Shown here: positions 54,250 through 64,000 of the stretch, one piece after another
Layout: each line of letters starts with the position of its first letter
Numbering within the stretch: position 1 is the stretch's first letter
Source of the DNA: Octopus sinensis
Lineage: Eukaryota
Assembly: GCF_006345805.1 (NCBI RefSeq)
Contig: NC_043014.1
Span: 38,688,001-38,752,000, forward strand
Length of the DNA: 64,000 bases
Reading direction: 5' to 3'
The notes under the pieces: model-generated
Told to the model about the DNA's origin: nothing
Databases searched by the model: none
Seen by the model: only the letters and a program-made list of their open reading frames with translations
Made by a program: the position numbers and the translations under genes

Positions 54250-54495
54250 TAATAATGATGATAATAATGGTAATAATAATAATCTTTTCTACCCTAGGCA
54301 CAAGGCCCGAAATTTTGGGGGAGAAGGCCAGTCGATTAGATTGACCCCAGTATGCAACTGGCACTTAATTTAGCAACCCCGAAAGGATGAAAGGCAAGGC
54401 TGACCTCGGCAGAATTTGAACTCAGAACGTAAAGACAGACGAAATACCGTTAAGCATTTCGCCCGGCGTGCTAACGTTTCTGCCAGCTCACCACC
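53305..54495 (-). mobile_element. Array of five co-oriented diverged family B-related SINEs separated by (AAT)n
   Basis: Units at about 53305-53515, 53535-53730, 53790-53998, 54015-54215 and 54282-54495. Confidence 0.85.
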
Positions 54496-54549
54496 TAATA
54501 ATAATAATAATAATAATGAATAATAATAATAATAATGATAATAATGATA

Positions 54550-54586
<37 letters not shown>

Positions 54587-54626
54587 TATAATAATAATAA
54601 TAATGATAATAATGATAATAGTAATA

Positions 54627-54657
<31 letters not shown>

Positions 54658-54832
54658 AATAATAATAATGATAATAATGATAATAGTAATAATAAGCTGC
54701 TGAACAAAGAAATACATAACAGAAGACACCAGATAAAAAACTAATTTTAGTTTGTAAGAAAGAATGTTCCCTCATTAAAAGAAGAAAAGAAAAAAACAAC
54801 AGCAGAAACAACAAAGGCAATAAAATACATAC

Positions 54833-54887
54833 AACACATTGGTACAGTATCCATCCTTCCACAGTCCACAATAGAAATACCAATTAA
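54833..54887 (-). other. Candidate 55 nt exon on minus strand
   Basis: T-tract of more than 20 nt then GCAG| acceptor, and a |GTATGT donor. One frame reads NWYFYCGLWKDGYCTNV. Confidence 0.3.
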
Positions 54888-55136
54888 CTGCAAAAAAAAA
54901 AAAAAAAAAAAAAATAAGTGAAAATATATATACACACATTATGAATATGTATTAAGCATCTCTACAAATGCATATACATGTTTCTGTGAGTATTTATGTA
55001 TTTTATACATTCGTGTTAAAGTGTATAAGTATGTGGTACGGATTTTGCGTACATGTATCTTTAATGCTTGCGTAATTATACACATGTGCGTTTATTTTCT
55101 TATGCCTGGTGTGTGTATATTCTCTTCCCACCACTC

Positions 55137-55188
<52 letters not shown>

Positions 55189-57138
55189 ATACATGTGCTT
55201 ATCTCTCACCTGTTTAATCTTACTATACCTGACTGCAGCTAAATACTAGATTAAGAGCTCTAGCAGTTTACAGAGATGCTTATATGGCCTAACACTGTAC
55301 AAGCATATATATACATACATACATACACACACACACATATTTATATATATGATACACCTATAGGGAAAACCTGCTTATTATAATCACAGATAATGTTATC
55401 AACCTGTTATCAAAAATACTTTGCCCCAAAGTAATCACAATATGTTGCATGCACACATAAATAAATATCACCATTCATCATCACCTTTTAACATCTACTT
55501 TCCATGCTAGCATGGGTTAGATGGTTTGACAGAAGCTAGCAAGCCAGAGAACTGGCAAGCCAGAGGACTGTACCAAGCTCTTATATCTGCTTTGGCATGG
55601 TTTCTATATCAAGGCAGCAAGCTGGCAGAATCGTTAGCACGCCGGGCGAAATGCTTAGCGGTATTTCATCTGACATTACGTTCTGAGTTCAAATTCTACT
55701 GAGGTTGACTTTGCCTTTCATCCTTTTGGGGTCGATAGAATTAGTACCAGTTATGCACTGGGGTCAATATAATCAACTTAATCCCTTTGCCTGTCCTTGT
55801 TTGACCCCTCTAGTTTTAAAAGAAAAAGTTATGAGTGTTTGTTTCTCAAATTTGAGGGTGATAATATAGTTCTATACTTTTTTTATGAATATAGTTCTAT
55901 AAGGAACTTTTAATATCTCACTGGCATCATTGAGGTAAGGAAAAAAATTATCAACAACACCGCTATTTGACACATCATTAATTAGCATAATAGCATAGCC
56001 TGGAAAAAACATGGATTACATGGTAAAATGCAAGCAAGAGAAATAATATTCTTAAGATTATAAACCTGGCCAACCAAAGCCTCGTGAGTAAATTTGAAAG
56101 ATGAAAATTGAAAGAAGCTTCTCTGTGTGTGCACACATGTGTGTATCTGTGTGTATGTTATTGTCTCTGTCATACAAGTGGGTGTCCATTTCCAATCTTC
56201 TGTGAAAACATGTCTGGTCATTTGGAAATAAGTGAAAGGTGACGACAGGAAGAGCATTCTGCTATAGAAAACCTGGCTCAACAAATTCCATCTGACCCGT
56301 GTAAGCATAAAATATTTGGCGTTAAAATGATAAAGATTACGATGATGAAACAAGTATGGCCAGATTTTTTTTTTTCTTATGTTGTGTGTGCCAAAAGACA
56401 AATGTCCATAATGAGCAGCAAGATACTGTGAGATATGTAAGTCTAACCCATGCTAGCATGGAATAGTAGGATAACAACAGCAATGATGAGGATGATGATA
56501 ATGATGATGATGATGGTGTACAAACGCATTCTTTTAACTTGATAAGTTATCTATATTCTTTTTCTCAGAACATGTCTCAGATTTCTAGATTATTTTTTCT
56601 TATCTTGGGTGTGTTTTCTGGCCCAGCTGAGAGAAAGAGAGTGAGTGAGAGAGATAGAAAGATAGACAGACAGACAGACAACAAGACGAATGCATAAACA
56701 AAAGCAAAGAATCCTACTTAATGCATATCGCTCCACAGCTTAAATATTTGTATTAACAACTTAACTTAGGATTACATTACTTCAAGTTTCACAGATGTAA
56801 ATAATGATTTTTTTTTAAATCCAAGAAAAAGGGAAAAAAATGAAAGGATAAATGGATGAATACAGAGAAGAGATAACAAAGAGAATGATGGAGAAAGGAG
56901 AGAAAATAGACAGAGAAGCAGAGAGAGAAAGACATAGAGGGATTTATAAGAAATCGCAAATAATGAAATTTCCAGAGTTCCTAAAGAGCCTCTAAGAAAA
57001 CTGAATTCTATTGGTTTCCCTCACTGCTAAGAGTTCAACATTTTATAATTCTACATTAGAACGGACAGCACAATGAGCCCAGAGTGACTATGGCTAATCA
57101 ACATAACAGCTGAGTAACAGACACGTATGTATTGGCGA

Positions 57139-57410
57139 TGGGGAGCACATGGCATAATGGTTAGGGCGTTGCACTCATGACCGTGAGATCATAGTTTCAG
57201 TTCCTGGACCAGGTGACGTTATTGTATTCTTGAGCAATACACTCTGTCCCACGTTGCTCTGCAATCAGGTTGACACCTGACGCGTGGTATACTGTTCACT
57301 TGTTCAGGTAATGTCGATTTGATGGGGGGGGAGCTAACATAACAAGCACATATTTTTTGATTACTATTAACGAATCTTTCTTACAGGTTGTTCAGCAAGA
57401 AATTGCTAAA
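57139..57410 (+). mobile_element. Old tRNA-derived CORE-like SINE; relatives at 17570-17830(-), 18290-18460(-), 29550-29825(-)
   Basis: TGGCATAATGGTTAG A-box and a TTCTTGAGCAATACAC...TTGCTCTGCAATCA..TTGACACCTGAC segment shared with the other copies. Confidence 0.65.
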
Positions 57411-58857
57411 CTGTCTTTCTCAGACTATGAGTAACTACTATCACGTGTGTGTGTGTGTGTGTGCTATATAGCCACAGGTCAGTTCATTCAGAGCTGACCA
57501 ATATCTTTTTTGGTGGGGTGAGAGAAAGGTGTTGATAGGGAAGAACCTAGCACAATATTATCTAATGAGCTTTCTTATTTGTTTTTTATTTCTAAATAGT
57601 ACGGCATAATTCGAGGTAGATTTGACTGCAATTTCTAGCAGATCAAGGACCGTGTAAAAACTCCCTGATTTGCTCATCATATACAAAATCTATGTAGGTG
57701 TATGATTATGTTTATGTGTGTATGGGTGTTTCTGAGTGTGTATGTATATGGATGTCTGTGTATGTATGTTAGGGTGCGTATGTATGTATGGGTATGTATG
57801 TGTGTTTGTATGTGTGCATATTGTGTATGGGTGTGTGTGAGTGTATGTGTATATGGATGTATGTGTGTGTATGGGTGTGTGTATGTATGTATGTGTGTCT
57901 CTGTTTTTGTTTGTATGTGTGTATGTATACAGGTGTGTGTATGTATGGGTGTCTATGTGTTTTTGTTTGTATGTGTGTACGTATGCATATATGTGTATGG
58001 GTGTTTGTGAGTGTATGTGTATATAGATGTGTGTATGTATGTTTGAGTGTATGATTGTGTGTATGTATGTAAAGGTGTGTATGTGTGTTTGTATGTGTGC
58101 ATGGGTGTGTATATGTATGTGTGCATGTGTATGGGTGTGTGTATGTATACATGTATGGGTATATGTACGCGTATGAGGGGGGGGAGGTTCGTGTTATATG
58201 TCTGTAACAGACTGACCAAACTTATAAACTTATAAAGACATTTTTTGTGTCCTCTTTCAGCAATTAAACAGCACAAAAAAAAACATAACAATAGACCTCT
58301 ATTTAACAGAATTAACTAACACAAAATTATTTTATTAGACCCCCCCCCACCAAAAAAAAAATCTGTAAATGTTGCTGGAATAATATACCAACATCCTTTT
58401 AACCGTTCGTTACACTCCACACCCTGACCAACATACACTATAATTCTGTCAAAAAAAAAATAGAGATGTGTCGTAATGGATAAAAAAAAAGAAAAAAAAT
58501 TATTAAAGCAAATATAGCAAAAATAATTTCTTTTTTTCAAACTAGACAATTATTGTTGTTTACAAATGTTTATTTAATGCTTCTGGTGCAAAACAAGCTA
58601 AAGAATTCTGAACAACAACTCTAGCTGTCTGCCATACAGAATCAGTCACATACGTGGTCTCACATACTCTTAACACTTAGCATAGAAAGCAGCATTAGGA
58701 CAACAAGCTGACAGAATCATTAGCACGTCGGTAAAATGCTTAGTGGCATTTCATCTGTCTTTACGCTCTGAGTTCAAATTCTGCCAAGGCCGACTTTGCC
58801 TTTTATCCTTGGGGGGGGGGGAGATCGATAAAATAAGTACCAGTTGAGCACTCTGTC

Positions 58858-59264
58858 ACTCTTTACTCTTTTACTTGTTTCAGTCATTTGACTGCGGCCA
58901 TGCTAGAGCACCGCCTTTAATCGAGCAACTCGACCCCCGGGACTTATTCTTTGTAAGCCCAGTACTTATTCTATTGGTCTCTTTTGCCGAACCGCTAAGT
59001 AACAGGGACATAAACACACCAGCATCGGTTGTCAAGCAATGCTAGGGGGATAAAACACAGACACACAAACACACACACATATATATATATATACATATAT
59101 ATGACGGGCTTCTTTCAGTTTCCGTCTACCAAATCCACTCACAAGGCTTTGGTCGGCCCAAGGTTATAGTAGAAGACACTTGTCCAAGGCGCCACGCAGT
59201 GGGACTGAACCCGGAACCATGTGGCTGGTAAACAAGCTACTTACAACACAGCCACTCCTGCGCC
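58858..59264 (-). mobile_element. SINE family A copy nested within a family B SINE
   Basis: Family B sequence stops at about 58851 and resumes at about 59266. Confidence 0.85.
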
Positions 59265-59491
59265 TATGATCGGTGAAATTGACTTTCCCCCTCCCCCAAA
59301 CTTGTGCCAAAATTCTAAACCAATATCAGAAGCAGGGTTATGGTGGTGAGCTGGTAGAATCATTAGCAAGTTGGACAAAGTATTTCGTAGCATTTCTTCT
59401 GGCGCTTTACATTCTGGGTTAAAATTCTAAAAAAGTCAAGTTTGCCTTTTTATCTTTCTGGTGTCAATAAAACAAATCACAGTTGAACACT

Positions 59492-59997
59492 TGTAATGGG
59501 ATCTCAAGGTTTACGATATCGGGAGAATATCGCCTTCTTCCATTATCTCTTTCTGTTCTTCGTGTTGATCAGGCTCCGGCAGGTGAAGAGAGAAGACTTC
59601 AAGTAAATAAATTCAATTTCCAACTGGTTTATTTACAGGTTTCACACGATAGGTGAAGTGTACTGCTCTCAGTAACCATCTTTAGCTGTGTGCATTGTGT
59701 AGTAGCTCCGTTAGTGCAGGCACATTGCCTCTGCAGGTATAGACAGGCCCTTACAGGCAGGCCCAGCCAATGGAGTGCAATCAGCAAGCGCTGCTGCTAA
59801 GAGGTGGAAAGAGGGGCGGCAAAAGAGAGCAAGAATCTCAATCTGTTTTGCCCTTATATACAGTTTGCCATCGCGAGCCTCGTTGTGATCTCGCGCATGG
59901 CAAATGGATGCAGGTGAGGTCCCGCTCCAGTCTTGGAGATGGCAATGGCTACCACGAGATCTCATCCAATATGGCACTGACTGCTTGTGCCGCTACA
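59492..59997 (-). mobile_element. Solo LTR (Gypsy-like by its 4 bp TSD) inserted in a family B SINE
   Basis: TGTAATGG...CCGCTACA termini and TSD CACT at 59488-59491 and 59998-60001. The minus strand has TATATAAG near 59855 followed by AATAAA near 59630. Confidence 0.85.
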
Positions 59998-60869
59998 CAC
60001 TGCTATCAATGTAACTGACTTGCACCCTGCCAACAGCTCCCACCTCCCTTAAAATTGTAGGTCTTGTGCCAAAATTTGGAACCAAATTGCAAAGTAGGGT
60101 TGCTTTTTTATTTATTTTTATTCTTATCTTTCAGTCATCTGTTTCTGACACTGCCATGGGTTGGATGGTTTGACAGGAGATGACAAACCAGAGGACTACA
60201 CCAACTTCTACCGTCTGCTTTGCCATGGTTTCTACAGCAGAATGCCCCTTCTTAATGCCAACCACTTTATAAAGTGTACTGGATCCTGAGTGATTATTTT
60301 AGCATTGTGCAGTGCAACAAGTATTAATTGTCTATTTTTGAGGGAAATTTTGTATAGTAGATATATATATTGTTTACTAATGCTTTTCTCTTTAGTTTTT
60401 ATTTTGTGTTATGTGGTTGTAGTATACTGTAATTGCTCTGAGTTGTGTAAGTGCATAAATACTTCTAAGATATCAAAGATATTTGGTTACAAAATACATA
60501 ACAGCGTAAAATCAGAATTTGGCATCAGAAATGAGGGAGAAATAGAAACATGCCAACCTGAAATAACACAGAAACACAAAGATATACACAGATATAAATA
60601 TACAAACATATATGCATACAAACAGACAGGTATGTATACATATATGTATACCATGTGATTTATAAATAAAAGACAAAACAAAAACATTAAGACTAGAAGT
60701 AAAAAAAAAAAGGAAAAGATAGGCCAAATAATTCCAAAACATTGTATAGATGGTGTATATATTATATAAATTACTATACAAACCTGTTCTTTCAAACACA
60801 CTATCAACATACATTCTCTCACACATATACAAATATATATGTATATATCTCTTACTAACAAGAACTAAC

Positions 60870-60916
<47 letters not shown>

Positions 60917-61489
60917 GCAATACAGACTTGTTTAACACCTACCTCTCCATGAAAGTAAGGATGGGGCATATTTCTGTTTTGTCTTTAAATTTATATAAAT
61001 TTGTGGTTTTTGTTCATTGCAGATCAATGTCCTTTCTTGACATAAACTACTTAACTATAAACAAAAGGTGTGGCACCTGATCTCAGCCAGGTAGCATCAG
61101 CAGGGTTAGATTAAAGTAAACCGATGCCTCAAGCAAAGCAAAACAATGCCATCACCCTTGTCCCTGCCAAACCTTGTTACTTAATTAACAGGGCATTTAA
61201 TACTCAATGTGAAAAACTACCGTAATTTGATGACGTAAAAGATCTACGAGTTCATTAGATGCGCCCTGATCTCAGCAGTGTATTGTTTATCTCTAACTTG
61301 TTTCCACTGTTAGACTGTGGCCATGCTAGAGCACTGCCTTGATGAATGTTAAGTCAAATGAATTGACCCCAGTACTGAAGGGCTTCATTCAGTGTCCATC
61401 TATCAAATCCATTCATAAGTCTTTGGTCAGCCTGAGGCTACAGTATAAGACACCTATCCAAGGTGTCACACAGTGGAACTGAACCCAGA

Positions 61490-61725
61490 CACCAGCATCA
61501 GTTGCCAAGCGATGTTGGGGGGACAAACACAGACACACAAACATACATATATACATATATATGACGGGCTTCTTTCAGTTTCTGTCTACCAAATCCACTC
61601 ACAAGGCTTTGATCAGCCCAGAGACTATAGTAGAAGACACTTGCCCAAGGTGCCACACAGTGGGACTGAACCCGGAACCAGATGGTTGGTAAGCAAGCTA
61701 CTTACCACACAGCCACTCCTGTGCC
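61490..61725 (-). mobile_element. SINE family A 5' part
   Basis: Homology to 3513-3830. Confidence 0.8.
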
Positions 61726-62906
61726 GCCCTATATACATACATACCACACACGCATACACATTTGATAGGTTTCTTTCAGTTTCCTTCTACCAAATCCATT
61801 TCCAAGGATATAGTTGGCCCAGGGCTATAGAAGACACTTGCCCAAGGTACCACATGGTGAAATTGAACCCCAAACATGTAGCTGGATCACGAATGTCTTA
61901 ACCACACAGCCATGCCCACACCTGAAAAAGAACCCCCATAATGCACTTTTCTCTTGGTGCCCTACGCATGTGCTTATATTGCTTATTATTATTTCATGGT
62001 TAATCTGGCCCCAAGCCTCAAATAATTAGAATAATTAGTTTCTTCAACCAGTGACATAATCACCACAGCTATAGTCATAGTAATAGTAATCCATGGTCAC
62101 GTGGTAAAAAATTCAACCTTCTAGCATTGTGCTAACAAGGGACCTCTCTTTACCTGGTCACATGACTTGCTAGAAATAGCAGCATAAATTACAACATATA
62201 TTTGATATTGTAGCCTTGGGCACACCAAGCTTGAATAAACACTAGGATAGTCATGACTGGAATGTCTTAATTGTAAGTCTGTTTGATCAGGGCTGACCTG
62301 GAGGCATGCAATAAAATAACCAACAACAAACTAATAAAAACCTCTATGTGGTTGCTCAATCTGCTAGAAATAGCAACCAAATCTCACTCTACATCTTAGC
62401 AACAAAAAAACCCCCACAAACAATAGATAGTACAATCCTAGATACACTATGACGAAATGAAAATCAAAATGGTGACTACAACAAAAACAACAGACACTCT
62501 AAACATTAAAGTCACATTTACTGTTACCCACATAAAAAAAAATATTATAATACATAACAACAACAAAAAAAACCCTCTTCTTGACCTTTCTTAGCTGAAT
62601 TCATCATCATCCGGTCAAGATTGCTCTGATTTTCATTGAATTGTTCCATTGATATGTTTCAATTATATTTTCTAGCATATAAGATCTGCTTTTTGTATTT
62701 TTAAATCAAATGATTACCCTGTACCTAATGCAGCCCTATCACAAATAGAAAACAAGAGCTGTAGGTTAAGAAGCCATATGACCCTGAAAGGGTGAAAGGC
62801 AAAGTCAACCTCAACAAAATTTGAATACAGAACATAAATCCACAAGAAATGCTGCTAAGCATTTTATCTAGTGTGGTGACTTCTTTGCCAATTTGCTGCT
62901 TTTCAC

Positions 62907-62956
<50 letters not shown>

Positions 62957-64000
62957 TAATAATGATAATAATAATGATAATAATAATAATAATGATAATA
63001 ATGATGATAATAATGATAATAATAAATGATAATAATATAATAATAATAATAATATAATTTTTGTATTTTTTTTTTTTGATATTCACTAGTACAACACTAA
63101 ATACAAAACCAAATATATGGCACACTAGGCATAACAACAACACGAACTTCCAACCTGTTGTCTCTTGAGGTCTCTGGGTGAGACTTGGAGTCAACTTGTA
63201 CAAATATAAAGCAAAAGTCAAACATAGAATGATAATAATAATAATAATAATCCTTTCTAATATAGACACAAAGCCTAACATTTTGGAGAGAAGGCTAATG
63301 GATTACATCATCCCCCAGTACACATCTGGTACTTATTTCACTAATCCCAGCTGGGCACAATAATGTCAATGACCTCCCTTACTAACAATAAAATATTGTA
63401 AACAAGCCCAAAGTGTTACAATTTGCTATCCTAAACATATGTAAAATTGCTTATGGTGAAGTTATGTGGAGACCGCTTTCCCAAACCAGGTATGTCCTAC
63501 ATTATTTAAAGACTGTGTTACCTTTAAGAAACATTTATCAATTATCTGAATGAAAATTCTATCAGAAAGATGAAAGGAATATTACACTTTCATCCACCTA
63601 TCAGCTATTTGCAATAAATGGATAACAAGAAAACCATAGCAGTGGTTTGTTTGCACCTTGGTGCCAAAAATATGAGCTTAACATCTAACATAGCAATTCC
63701 CTAGACCAAAGTACAAACAACAATAAAACTGATCTAAAAGAAGTTAAAATATGGCACTCATAAAATGTAGCTTACACATGATAAATTTATGGCTTCTGAC
63801 TTTGTTCCAGTAGACTGTCACGGAATTGTATTTGTATGCACAGAATCATACAGTTTTCATTACAAAGACCACTTTAAAATATCTTTCAATAAGTGTATAA
63901 TGAAACATATTAAATTTGTCTTTTTCCACAAAATGGATTTGTAAAACAAGGACGCGTTTTATGTGAGAGCGTGTCTTATCCACCAGCAAATACAGTAATA

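Noticed and set aside
59711-60018. Natural-looking ORFs on both strands
   Set aside because: They lie inside the solo LTR and show no recognisable domain.

Overview
AT-rich, microsatellite-dense animal genomic DNA. The repeat content (tRNA-derived SINEs with CORE-like, Nin-like and V-like domains, RTE LINE remnants, long (TA)n/(CA)n tracts) strongly suggests a cephalopod such as Octopus; this is an inference. It looks intronic or intergenic. No intact protein-coding gene is recognisable, and almost all ORFs in the track are microsatellite or SINE artefacts. Coding remnants are three RTE-clade LINE fragments (one with a PHD-like finger inside the RT region), a CR1-group LINE 3' end whose tail matches the dominant SINE, and a Penelope-type GIY-YIG endonuclease pseudogene. 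Also present are hAT, piggyBac and Tc1/mariner-pogo MITEs, a non-autonomous Helitron and a solo LTR. The most striking signal is about eight unrelated families of short elements (plus two degenerate ones), almost all abutting (TA)n tracts. Each carries a type I hammerhead-ribozyme fold, often as back-to-back inverted pairs and often with non-canonical cores (CCGANGA, CUGUAGA). One lies directly downstream of the GIY-YIG remnant, which ties them to Penelope-like retroelements. All folds and alignments were read by eye and element boundaries are approximate.
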